Of a stretch of 64,000 bases of DNA, positions 30,601 through 43,279 are shown in pieces. The notes under the pieces were generated by a model. The model ran no database searches, was not told where the DNA came from, and was given only the letters and a program-made list of their open reading frames with translations. How positions within the stretch are numbered: position 1 is the first letter of the stretch; every line of letters starts with the position of its first letter. A program made the translations under genes and the position numbers. Source of the DNA: Paragordius varius (taxonomy: Eukaryota > Animalia > Nematomorpha); assembly GCA_964247055.1 (NCBI GenBank), contig OZ176050.1, positions 7,440,001 through 7,504,000 of the forward strand, written 5' to 3'.

Positions 30601-32422
30601 AGATATAATGACGTCAAACAAGCATCGCATCGATTTTCTTTTTTAGGGTTCTTTAATAATCAAGGGAAAACAGGGAGGTGGATATAGTAAATAAAATATT
30701 ATATTATGTACTACAATACATGTATTTTTTTAAAAAATAAATTGTATATGAGAATGGAGGCTAGGTTATAATTATTTTTTTAAAAAAGCCTTATTTTAGT
30801 AAAAGGTTATTAATAAACCACATATATTAAATTCTAATCTTGCTAAATCATTATTTTGGAATATATACGAAAAATTAAATTTTTTACATTTGATTGTGTT
30901 TAAACCGTGTAAGGCAATATTATTGGTTATAAAGAGATTAAACGTCTAAAAGACATTAATATTTTTCTGTATTCACCAATTAAAAGGCCCTTTAAAACCA
31001 ATAATATAACTCATTACTGTACATTCAAAAACAGAGCTATTCAACACAAATGGCTTCGTAGGCCGCATTTTCGACTCAAAAAAGGTGGGGCTAACTGCAA
31101 ACACAATATTAAAAATTTGTGTCTAATTTGTTGCTAAATAAGATAGACATAATCAGAAAATTCGCTTAAGAAATATCAATTTTACTAAAATGTATGTGCA
31201 TATTTTTGCATATTACGGATTTCCCGCGGGCGGTGTGTTGAAAACCCCTGATCCAAAAAATACATAAAAACTCAAATCGCATATAAAGTTAGTGTAACAA
31301 ACCTTTGAAAGACCCAAGTAATGTTCAACATTGTTTGAGACATACAGTATAATACCATTTTCCGATAGGATAAGAAAAAAACTATCCAATAACTTCAGTA
31401 AATTAGTCGCATCGCATGGCGTAGATAACAACTTTTTGCAATATTTATCATTATTTGAGTTTTCTTTTTCAAAAGGTATGGAATTATAATTATAACTTAA
31501 TGTTGTGGGCCAGTGTTCTACGTAAAAAGTAATGTATTGAAACGTATAAATAAATTTAAATTTACAACTGACATGTTGAGAATGAAAATAAAATAAGATT
31601 AATCGCTAAACATTCCATGATCGTTTCAATTAAACAACTGTTTTAATTTTAACAAACTAAAATAAAATATAACGTTTTAAAAAATTAACAAATTAATTTA
31701 TTATGAGTAAAAAATTTAAAAACATTAACTATTGCTTAAAATCTTTATTTTTCCAAATTTGTTTAAATTTTTAACATGTTTACTTTTTAACAAAAATAAG
31801 TTTTAATTTGTAACACGATAGCACATACCATACTAAGAAGATAAAATAATAAAAAACCTACATTGCATAAAAAAACATAAATCTACATGTAATAAATTTT
31901 ATTTTTCATAAATTATATTTTTACCACACCTCCGCAAACTAACTAAGACAAAAAACATCTTCTAAATATAATTATGCAACAAGCATAAAAATGTCATTTG
32001 CTACTAAAACAACAGTAAAAATAATAAGTAAAAATATTAAATGTGTCTGGTACACAAAAATAATTAAAATTTGAGTTAAAATTTGTTATATAAATTTAAA
32101 AAAAGCAACAAAATAAATTTTGCCATATGTGCCGTTATAAATTTATCTTACCATATTGCAGTAACTGCCGCAACTTTATGTAAGCTAATGATATTCGAAC
32201 CAATGATATTTTATCAATATGCATGTTTGATGATAATGAGTCGCATATCTTTCCAATGTTACTATAGTTGTGACACGGAAGAATAGTTAACATTTCCTTA
32301 AAAATTTGTGTTTCACAACTCCGCCTCTGTCTAGCGGCATTTCTTGAAGTCTCCTTTCTATTATCCGTCTTTAATCTATAAATAATTATATTATATAAAT
32401 ACTTGTTGCTTTTTTTAGGCAT
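21695..32422 (-). CDS. HIF1A: Hypoxia-inducible factor alpha (bHLH-PAS; HIF-alpha/Sima-like), ~1465 aa, 13 exons
   Basis: Exons 32422-32403, 32375-32152, 31517-31303, 30480-29887, 29604-29310, 28879-28672, 28326-28220, 27858-27216, 25315-24360, 24199-24144, 23898-23597, 23204-22990, 22257-21695 sum to 4398 nt in frame. bHLH RKETSRNAARQRRSCETQIF has the HIF/Sima-type RRSxETxIF, not the SIM/Trh-type RRxKEN. PAS-A: FFLILSENGIILYVSNNV...GQSITEFIHPDD. PAS-B: LLSKHRIDMKIMYFDER...LVGRSFYDLIH...GQIKTGIYRLLVKQGGFAWVSTQA. Several intron positions/phases match human HIF1A. Confidence 0.9.
26293..26372 (+). repeat. ~43-bp tandem duplication in a HIF-alpha intron
   Basis: ATATAGGCCAATTATAAAGGRCGATATAAATATTCT occurs twice. 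Confidence 0.85.
28403..28573 (+). repeat. ~103-bp-period tandem duplication in a HIF-alpha intron
   Basis: ATCATTACAAAAT.T.TAGTTCCA..TATATTACTTATT..ACACTAAATTT.AAGTTTATAAG occurs twice. Confidence 0.8.
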
Positions 32423-32968
32423 TATAAAAGGCAAGAGGCAGTGGGCTAAAAGTCAGCCTAATACTCATCTGAAATAAATGGACGAATGAAACGGTAACCC
32501 TTATAGTTAAATTATTTAATATTTTCCCGGAGATAGAAATATATAAGTACAATCAAAAAAAGCTTACTAGGCGGTGACAAATTTTCCAATAAAATAATTA
32601 TTCAAAACCGCTTGAAAGGGAGGTGGGTCGACCATTTTTAAAAAATCTGGTAGCAAAAAAATATTCCTATCGAATATTTTTTGAGGACTACAAGTCAAAA
32701 AGGATATTTTTTTATTTTTGATAAAATTTAGATAAAAATTCGAATGCGATTTATTAATTCGATTTGAATATCTAAACACCCCAGAAACTTTAGATTTTAA
32801 AAAAACTACTAAAAAACGGTCACAATTGAAATTTATTCTTCTATCCTCATAAAAATTATATAAAAACGCCGAAATATCTCAATAAAATTTAGTTTTAAAA
32901 AAGTTTTGTATCAAACTGCCTGGGTACCATCTTAATTTGACAAAATTTTCGCAAAATATCGTGTTTAA

Positions 32969-33502
32969 CACCTGGATACAACACATTTATTTTAGTCCTT
33001 CGATTCAAAGTTGGATAGTTGGATCCAGGCCTGTTTAAAATTAAATTCTTTAAAAAATATGGATTGAATCAAAACCATTGCAAAATTTTGCAGTTATATA
33101 ACATTAATAAACCGAAATATAAAAAAAAATTTATTCAAAAATACTTGATTTTACTTATTTTAATCTAAAACCCAAAAGTAAAAGCTTATCAACGTGACAT
33201 GTCTTAAATGGTAAAATTGAAAAATAATACAAAATAAACCACTTTTTATTTCTATCAATGTTAGATTTAATTTAAATAAAAAATTAGCTTTTATTTTGCA
33301 AAAACTTTGTAAAATAAAAATGGCGTCCAAGTAGTTTGACATGGAACTTTTTTGCAAACAAAATTTTATTTAGATATTTAGGCTTATTTATATAGGATAG
33401 AAACAAAAATTTAAATTGGCACCGTTTCCTTCAGTATTTTTTTAAAAATACCAAATGTAATTAAGTCTGGGGTATTTAGATACCCCAATTTAAATCGAAG
33501 TG
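32969..33502 (-). mobile_element. piggyBac-like TTAA MITE (full copy) inserted into an older copy of the same family
   Basis: TTAA at 32965-32968 and 33503-33506; ends CACCTGGATACAACAC / AATCGAAGTG. Flanks (~32750-32964 and ~33507-33620) are the two halves of an opposite-orientation copy. Confidence 0.8.
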
Positions 33503-34199
33503 TTAATTGATTCTAAGCCTAATGGTATTTACTTTAAACTTATTCACACATGTGATGTTGGTTAATTATTATTTTGGGTTTTACCTCTGAACATGCAACA
33601 TCAAGTATTTTTGAATGATATGTTATTGTATTTCGTATCATTAATGTTTTTAAATGTAATCAATATGTTTATCCAATCTTTAGCACTTGAGCACATTATG
33701 GGTGGGGTGATATACAAAATTGACTTGCCTTGCAATATTTTCAAATCATGGCTTGCTTTCATTTGATAAAAAAAATTTAACATTAGACCACTTAAGTCAT
33801 GCAAGTAAACTTGATTCGGAGGTGATAAAAAATCATATGATCAAGTAATAGATTTTTCAAATGTGGTGTTGGTCACACTTAACAGTTTTTAAAATATGGA
33901 TAAAATTATTTTAAACTATTTATGTATGTAATTTAGGCTTTATATGTAATTAAAACCTTTGTTAATCATATAAATTTTTATATGATTAATTTGGCTAATT
34001 AACCTATCCAATGAGGTTTTAAATATCCTTCTGATATTTAAGAACAATACATATAAAAAGCTAAATTTGCGGGTTCACGTAATTGATATAGCATATTTTG
34101 CATTGCTCCTAAATATTAGCAGAGTTTTTCTAAAAATATATCCTCTTTTGTATCTACCTAATCTAAATAAAAAATTTATCAAATAAACAATTTATATCA

Positions 34200-35340
34200 T
34201 TAACAATTCGATTTAAATTGGGGTATCTAAATAGAATATATTTAAGTTAGGATTTTTAAAAAACTACTGAAGGAAACGATCCCTATTTAAATTTATGCTT
34301 CTATCCTAATAAAAATTATATAAATATGCCAAAATATCTTAATAAAATTTTGTTATGAAAAAAAGTACCATGTCAAACTACTACGACGCCATTTTTATTT
34401 TACAAAATTTTAAAGGTAACTTTAAAGCTAATTTTTTATTTAAGACTTGAATACAACACATTCATTTTAGTCCTTCGATTCAAATTGGGGTAGTTATATA
34501 CCTTAGGCCTGTTTAAAATTAAATTCATTTAAAAATATGGAAGGAATCGATACCATGGCAAAATCTTGCACTTGTATAACATTAATAAACACAAATATAT
34601 AAAAAATTTTGTTCAAAAATACTTGATTATACTTATTTTAAGCCAAAACTGAAAGGTAAAAACTTAGTCAACGTGACATGCGTCCAAAAGTAAAATTAAA
34701 AAATAGTACAATATAAAGAGCTTTTTCTATTTCTATCAATGTTAGATGTAATTTAAATAAAAAATTAGCTATAATTTTACTCTTAAAATTAAATGAAGAC
34801 GATATTTTGCAAAAATTTTGCAAAATAAAAATGGCGTCGAAGTAGTTTGACATAGAACTTTTTTTCATAACAAAATTTTATGTAGATATTTTGGCATATT
34901 TATATAATTTTTATTTGGATAGAAGCATAAATTTAAATTTGGACCGCTTGCTTCAGTAGTTTTTTGTAAATCCTAATTCAAATTTAGTCTGGGGTATTTA
35001 GATACCCCAATTTGAATCGAAGTGTTAAATTACATCTAACATTGATTGAAATAGAAATAGCGGTTTATTTTGTATTATTTTTTAATTTTACCATTTCACA
35101 TATGTCAGGTTGACGAAATCTTTATTATTCGGTTTTAGCTTAAAATAAGTAATATCAAGTATTTTTAAATAAATTTTTTTATATATTTCAGTTTATTAAA
35201 GTTACGTAAGTGCAAAATTTTGCCATGGTTTCGATTCCTTCCATACTTTTTAAAGTATTTGATGTTAAACAGCCAGGGGTATCCAACTAGCCTAATTTGA
35301 ATCGAAGGACTGAAAAAAACGTGTTGTATCCAAGTGTTAA
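34200..35340. mobile_element. Nested pair of piggyBac-like MITEs forming a ~1.1-kb quasi-palindrome
   Basis: A plus-orientation copy (34200-34440 plus 35030-35336, ending CCAAGTG-TTAA) is split by a minus-orientation copy (~34445-35026, ending GAAGTG-TTAA). The outer halves rejoin to match the intact copy at 46865-47447. Confidence 0.8.
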
Positions 35341-35739
35341 AAAAGGTTTTAAATGCATATAAGGCCTAAAATACATAAATAGTTTCCAAAATAATTTTAT
35401 CCATATTAAATCTGTCAATTGTGCCCTATATCACATTTGCAAAAGCAAGTTTGACTTGACCATATAATTTTTTATCACCTCCGAATCAAGTTTTCTTGCT
35501 TAAGTCGTCTAATGTTAATTTTTTTTATCACATGAAGGCAAGCCATAACTTGAAAAACTTGCAAGTCAAGTCAAAAAAATTTTTTTTATTACCCCACCCA
35601 GTATGACATGTATGCATTAGCCAAATAAAAATTATATAATATAAACAATTTCTTCTGTTTTTATCAATAATATATGTGATTTTAATAAAAACTTAAGTTT
35701 AAGTGTTAGGATTAAATAAGCACGATATGTTAGAAAAAT

Positions 35740-36470
35740 GTCTAAAATAATAATGGCGTTGAAGTAGTTTGATTTGAACGTAAACTAAATTTTATTTTAA
35801 GATTTTAGCTTATAATTTTTATTGGGATCAAAGCACATTAAAATGGATCCGTTTCTTTCGGTAGTTTTATAAATTATCAAATAAAATATATGGGTCCCTA
35901 AGCGCTCCAATTTGAATCAAAGTGTACATTTTTTTACGTTGTCAAAGCTTTATTAAAAATGTTTTGTTAACACTTGGATACAACACATTCATTGTCCTTC
36001 GATTCAGATTGTATTTAATATTAAATTAATAAATATTGAATAAATTGAAACTATGGCAAATTTTGCACTTATATAACATTAATGAACAAAATATATTATA
36101 AATTCATTTAAATTATTGATAATATTTATTCAGAGGTAAAACTCAAAGGTAAAAATTTAGCCAACATTTCATAAACTAAATATAATAATAATCCAAAATA
36201 TATCACTTTTTCTTTTTATATTAGTTAAGTGGGTTTAATAAATAAATTAATTTAATTTTAGGCTTAGAATCAAATAAAGACGATTTTTTCAAAAATGTTG
36301 TAAAATAAAAATGGCATCAAATGGTTACTAAATTTTAATAGAAATTTTGGCTTATTAATATAATTTTCTTAAGGATAGAAGTATAAATTTAAATTGGAAC
36401 GGTTTTATTTAAAAATATTAATTTAATTGTCTAGGTTATTTATGTACCCCAATTCGAATAGATGTGTTAT
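35740..36470 (-). mobile_element. Older, diverged copies of the piggyBac-like MITE
   Basis: TTAA-CACTTGGATACAACACATTC at ~35967; AAAATGGC...GAAGTAGTTT and GGATAGAAG internal motifs. A further decayed copy lies at ~38420-38800. Confidence 0.6.
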
Positions 36471-39029
36471 GCGTCCGAAATAGGGGATAAAAAAATCTGA
36501 TGAAATATGTGTGTTAAAAAAATGCATTAGGGGTTTATCATCCTGCTTCTGATTTTGGCTTTACGAGCGTGTAAGAAAGTTATTCAAACTTTTGTAATAA
36601 CTGCTTCATATAAGATAATGGGAAAATTTGCCCACATGTCAATAAAATTTTTATGTGAAAATTAAATGCGCCATTGCTAAAAATATACGCAAAGTATATT
36701 AAAATTATATAAAAAATAGTATTTTTAAAAAATTTAAATTTTAGGGCTCTGAAAGTCCTAATATTTGCCATTCTATACTGGCGATGTCTCGTAAAATGAA
36801 CGCTAAAGTTCCGACATTTGGAGATAAATTAATTTTTTTATAATGTCTCAAAATTGTAGGGAGTGAGCTTAAACAGATTTTGAAAAATTAAATTTTTTTA
36901 AAAGTGTATGTATTTTTAAAAAATTTATTTAGTAGTATCTAATTTAACACATAAAATTTTTTATCGCGCAACCCCGGCATTTTTGGGTTTATTTTAAGAG
37001 AAATAGCCATTTTTGCAAAGCAAAAAAATTTGGGAGTTTCGGAGCCTACATCTAAAAATAAAATTTTATTGTTTTACTTTTTAGATGGCGTTTTTTATAA
37101 TGAAGCATTTAGCTTTGGCCAAAAAAATTTATTTAAAAAATGTGCACATTTGCCTTTTTTGGAGCAGTTACCAGAAAAGTTTAAATAACTGTCTCAACAC
37201 TCTATGACCTTTTGGAATAGATCTCTATCCATTATTAATTAAAATTTTATCATATAATATATTAGAGGTATTAGGCACTTTAAAAAAAATGTATAATTGA
37301 ACAAAATTATCTCAACTTTTTGGCCGCCATTTTTTTTCTTTAATTTCAAATCGCTAATGCAATAGGCTAATAATGTTATGGTTAGAAAATGTAAATAATT
37401 AAGGCTACATTTTATCAGCAAAGCTTGATATATATTGATTTTAATATCAGCTATTCCTTTCAATCCTGTTTTGGGGCTGTCCCAAATTTTAACAATAGAA
37501 CACAAAACTGTAAAAAAATAAGACCTTTTTTATCTAATAGAGAGCCATGTTTGATAATTAATTTTAACTAATTAAACTCTCAAAACCATAGTATACAAGT
37601 TTGAGCCTCAACATAAAAACTACCCAATATGTCTCGCGGACAAAAATTTAAAAGGTCATGAAGTGTTAAATGACTTTTAACGGTCGCAATAAGGCACCAT
37701 TTGATACATTTTCCTACCAAAATATGTATGTTACATCGGATTTTTTTGCACTGTCTTATTATATGTAGTTTATGATACACTTTAGCTATATTTTTTGGAA
37801 GGAGTTTATCTTATGCCAAAAAAATTAATTTTACAAATGTGAACATATTTTGCCATATTCTGATATGGTCAAGTTACCAATAAGTGTAAAAAACTTATTC
37901 AAATCACTCGTAAAAGCCGAAACCAAAAGCACCATGAATATTATGACACTTTTCTATGAATATATATTTTTCTTCAGGATATTTTTATATTATCCCTATT
38001 TCGGACGCAGTATATATTATTTTAAAATGTTAAATGTTTGCTTTAGCAATCCAAAAAATATCTGAGGTCGTCCAAAATAGAAAAATAAAATTTATAAATG
38101 CACCGCGGGGACTAAGCCGTTTATATGGAATCAATCTACCGTTTTGTCCTATTGGTAAGATAATAGGGGTTTTTGAAAAATACATGTACTAAAATTTTGT
38201 GTATGAAGCACATTTCTAAAACAGTAGGTCCTTCAGATTTGATAACGATTTGTTTTTACAAATATGCATGGGATAGAATTTATATACAACACCCCCTCAG
38301 TTAAGACCCAAACGCCTGGAAATGGGTTTTTGACCAATTATTATTGAATTGAAGCAACTCTTCCGAAAAGGTATAAACAGGTTCAAATTTTAAAAAGGAT
38401 TTATAATTTCAACAGTCTTTTTATGCAAATTGGGGTCTATAATAAAATTCATTTTAAAAGTTTGCACTTATGTAACATTAATGCGCAGAAACATAAAAAA
38501 ACATTTATTTTAAATGACTTATTTTGTATTTTATTGAAGGCGAAAATATAAATATGATGTATGTCCATTAGATAGATTTAAAAATGTGAATTAAACCACT
38601 TTTTTGCCAGTATATATGTTAAATGTAATTTTAAGAAAGAATTAAATAGCCTTTGAATCTAAAGATTTTCACTAATTTATTAGAAAAAAATGCCACCGAA
38701 CTAGTTCGATATGGATTTTTTTCACAAAACTAATTACTAATATATTTTGGTTATTTTTATCAAGATAGAAGCGTATAATTTAAATCCACCCGCTTTAATT
38801 TTAAAAATGATCAATAGAAAGTTGCCACAATTTGTATCAAACTGTAAGGCGCTGAGAAGTCATTTTTTTGAATATTCAGTTCAAAATTAATCGGGATTTC
38901 CAATAAATAAGCGCATTTCAGCAATTTTACTAATAAGAGCATGTTTAGATTAATTATTTTTAAATTACATATGCGCCTAGGTAACTGTGCCATTTTTCTA
39001 TATATTACGGTTAGTTTCTATCCATCTAC

Positions 39030-39790
39030 TAAAAATGGGTTTTTCAAACAAATATTGGATTGAAGCATATTTTCGGAACACACGTGTAGGCCCATTCGAA
39101 GTTAAAAAATATATTCATTTATGAATATGCCGAGGGTGACCGAGTCATTTATTTAAGTAAGCTTCTTAAATTATCTCCATCCTTTTAAAAAAAAGGTTTT
39201 AAATATCGAGTGAAAAAAATTCAAAACGTGTAGACTCATTATCCAATAATAGTTTTTTTATGAACAAAGGTTACTTGAGGATTTTTTGAATTAGCGCTTC
39301 AGTCCGCCCCAACACTATAAAAGGGTTTTTAAACAAATATTGGTTTAAGCAATTTTTCGGGAAACCTGTAGGGCTAATTAAATGTAATAATAAATTTTCT
39401 TATTTTCATATGAATGCCCCCATAAGTGGCTGCGTCATTTTGTTAATATTGTCCCTCTGTTTAGCCACATCCCTAAAAATAGATTTTTTAAACAATTATA
39501 GACATTGAAACAATTTTTCGGAATAATAGCCGATTTGTCATCCAATGATGGTTCTTGTAAATGCGCATAAAGTGACTAAGGCTATTTAAATTTGCCCAAT
39601 AGTTTGGCCCCAATCCTCTCAAAATCATCTTTTTATACATATATTGGGTTTGGAGCTATTTTCTGGAAAACGAGTAGGCCAATTTATATTCCAAAGGATA
39701 TTATTCATCTATAAATAGGTAATTGATGGCGAAGCCATTTTGTCTCTTGACCCCAGTTTAACTCAACCTTGTAAAGCTATTTTCAAATGT
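39030..39790. repeat. Degenerate ~147-bp tandem array
   Basis: AAACAAATATTGG.TT.AAGC.ATTTT-like units at ~39047, ~39200, ~39331, ~39490 and ~39635. Confidence 0.6.
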
Positions 39791-39888
39791 TTTTCTTGGA
39801 ATTATTGCAAAAAAAGAGTTCTGACACTGATTAATAACTTTTGTTTCGTTTAAATGATAGCAACGGTGACCGATGACGCCAGTTATAT

Positions 39889-41945
39889 CACTGTGCGCAA
39901 AAAAGGGAAGTAAAAAAATAAACAAACATGATTTTTATTAAGAATAATAAAAAATCCCTTGGAAAAGGAGACCCCAAAAATTTTGGGGCAAAAATGCGCC
40001 CCAAAATGGAAATATTCCATTTTTTCATTTTTGACTAGAAATAGATTTTTGTCCATATTTTTAAAACTTATTGAGCAAACATGATAAAACTTTTATATAT
40101 TATATCCTAATATATTCTTAAGAAAAATACATAAAATTATTTTAAAGTATCATAATTTTTTTATTATACAAATATAGAAATTCGTAAATTTTATGACATT
40201 GTCAAAATATATTATAAAAAAATTATTTGTAAGAACTCCATATTGTTATTATTATTTAAGTTTATGACTTATATATAACATACCAAAGAGTTGGTATATA
40301 TAATAAAGGCTATGTATCCTTTTAAGTCCCCCAAAAAATTTGTATTTGTTAAAAAATTTTCGCGATTTTTGTTGCATATTCCTCACATGCTTCTCACTGT
40401 TTCATAAATACAGTATCAGTATCAGTAATCCGCAATTTTCAAATGCGAATACTGAAAAAACCAATAAAACTTTAAGATTATGAAATTCCCTTTACTTTGG
40501 ATAAAAGTATATATATATTATTTAATAACATAGTTAATAAATTCAATTGCAAATTGAATAAAACCTTTTCTGCTATATATGTGGAAGGTATCATCGCCCT
40601 ACAAATATGATTAAAATAACTGAACAAATAATTACCTATTACAACATGTATTTTGCTGGGAAATTAGTTCATTACAAGGAAATATGAGGCCACAGCAAGG
40701 TAATTATACTAATTCCGGTGGAGGGCTACAGACCAGGATGGAGAACGGTTCCATCAAACGCTCAAACATATAGAAAAAAACTATACTAGTTCCAATAGTT
40801 GGTGAATACTATTGGAATCACTTTATGTCTGACTAATATATTCATTATGTATAAATAAATTTAAATTCTTATTTGTATTTTAAGTGTTGTTGTTGGGTTA
40901 GACTTGAAGAGATGTTGCAGGAGCAATTTTTGCAAACGAAGTTTGTATTTGACAATATCTTGATAAGACCGGAACATTTTAATTTTAAAATTTTGTAGAA
41001 ACCCAATTAAATATTCTTATTGTAAAAGAATGCTAAAAATTCTATCGAATAAAAACAAATCCATTTATTATCAGTTTTTCAATATATATAATTGTAATAA
41101 TTGTTAGATTTATAATTTGGCAATAGAGTTTCTGGAAGTAGATTATTTACAAATGTCAGAATTTTGGTGCAAGGAAATTTCTATTTTGTAACTAAAATTA
41201 TATGAAGAAAATATACATGAATACAAATAGAATTTTACTTAAAAAGCTTATAGTGTATATAGCAAAAAAAGCTATTTATATTTCCGATGCTGCTTTCTGT
41301 ATATCAAGAGGTCTTTAATTACATTTATTATCTATAGATTAAATAGTATAACATTTATCCAAAGTAATGTAATGGGAATTTCATATTCTTGAAGTTTTAT
41401 TGGTTTTTTCAGTATTCGCATTTGAAAATTGCGGATTACTGATACTGTATTTATGAAACAGTGAGAAACATGTGAGGAAAATGCAACAAAAATCGCGAAA
41501 ATTTTTCAAAAAATACAAATTTTTTGAGGGACTTAAAAAGATACATAGCCTTTATTATATATACCAACTCTTTGGTATGTTTTATATAAGTCATAAACTT
41601 AAATAAAAACAATATGGAGTTCTTACAAATAATTTTTTTATAATATATTTCGACAATGTCATAAAATTTACGAATTTCTATTTTTGTAGAATAAAAAAAA
41701 TTATTGAAACTTTAAAATAATTTTATTTATTTTTCTTAATAATATATTGGCTTAAAATTTTTTTCATGTTTGCTCAATAAGTTTTAAAAATATGAAAAGT
41801 CTATTTCTAGTCAAAAATGAAAAAATGAAATATTTCCATTTTGGGGCGCATTTTTGCCCCAAAATTTTAAGGGTCTTCTTTTCCAAGGGATTTCTTATTA
41901 TTCTAGATAAAAATCATGTTTGTTTAATTTTTTGTGCGCACTGTG
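39889..41945. mobile_element. 2.06-kb non-autonomous long-TIR (foldback-like) element with CAC(A/T)GTG termini (CMC/Transib-like)
   Basis: ~600-bp inverted arms (39889-~40510 vs ~41355-41945), highly similar by eye, around a ~840-bp spacer. Termini CACTGTGCGCA / TGCGCACTGTG; TAT on both flanks. No transposase ORF. Confidence 0.85.
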
Positions 41946-42958
41946 TATTATAAAAATATATAATAATAATTTTTAATAAGATCTGAAAGTAACAAAATTT
42001 TTTAAATTTTTTAACGAGATAAGTATTTTTCTAGATAGGGGTGGCCAACGTGCGGCCTCTGAAACATTATGTGCGGCCCGAAAAAATTCGGAAATATACC
42101 ATAAAATCTTAGAAATATCGATATTTAAAAAATTTTCTGCATAAAACTCGAAAAAATTGTTATATTGTGGTTGCATTTATATTGCCTTATGCTTGAAATT
42201 TAATAAAATATTTATTATTTGCCATATATATTTCATGCGGTCCGCCGGATTTGTTAAAATAATGTGGCTCGCAAAGCTATTTGTGTTTGCCAGGATATTA
42301 AATGCATTAACATTTAAAAAAATCACCTTTATTCTTTAACACTTAATTACCTTTTGGGGTGGTTTTATACCTTATGACCATTTTGTATTTCAATATCTTA
42401 AATATTTAAGATATTGGGTTTAACTTAAAAATGCATTATTTCTTTTAGGCGCATTTTTAAATGAATTTTTTTAATGTAAAATTGTAAAATCGACTTATTT
42501 CACCGCCATTTTTATTTTTTAAAATTTTAATATAACAGGCAAATAAGTTGTGGCTCAAAATGTAAATTAACATTGAAAAGTTTTTAAATAACATTTATGG
42601 AGTAAAATTTTTATAATTTTCAAATCAGGTTTGTTTTAATCGGCTTTGGGACCTATTCGAATTTCAGATTCTAGAGGTAAAAAATAAAAATACAATCAAA
42701 ACAACTTTTAAAACAGTTTTAATTAAAAATTTAAGCACAAACTCCCCGAATTTGATTTTAAATAATAATATTGCTTCGTCGTTACCTAAACAGGTATTTT
42801 TAATTGCAACTTTGTTAATCAATTTTTGTCATTCAGAATTTTAATTATTAATAGGTATTCGAAATTTATCAATCATATTATTAAAAGCAAACGCCAAAAA
42901 ATGACTAATGATTAGCTTAAAATAAATGAATACTTTATAATAAATTGTACTAAAAAAA

Positions 42959-43060
42959 TATTGCGTTTGGATGAAAAAATGTTGTGTTTGCTTGAAAAAT
43001 GTTTCGTTTGATTAAAAACATGTTGCGATTGATTAAAAAATGTTGCTTTTGACTGAAAAT
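42959..43060 (+). repeat. ~20-21-bp minisatellite, about 5 units
   Basis: TGTTGCGTTTGATTAAAAAA-like units; source of ORFs 42912-43106 and 42950-43159. Confidence 0.7.
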
Positions 43061-43279
43061 GGTATATAGCACTATCGAAAATAATATCTTTTTCTGATTT
43101 ATACACATTCTTAAATATAACCCTTCTGAAAATGTATTAAACTTTTTAACATTTTCCAAGGCTTATTTTCTTGATATCCAAATAGTGTACACGGTTACAA
43201 CTGTCATACGAACCAAATCACATATTTTATTGAAGTATAAGGAAAACATTATTTATTACGACGGATGAAATTAAAAAAT

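Noticed and set aside
32484-32510. TAACTATAAGGGTTACC resembling the LSU rRNA I-CeuI site
   Set aside because: Partial match only, with no surrounding rRNA sequence.
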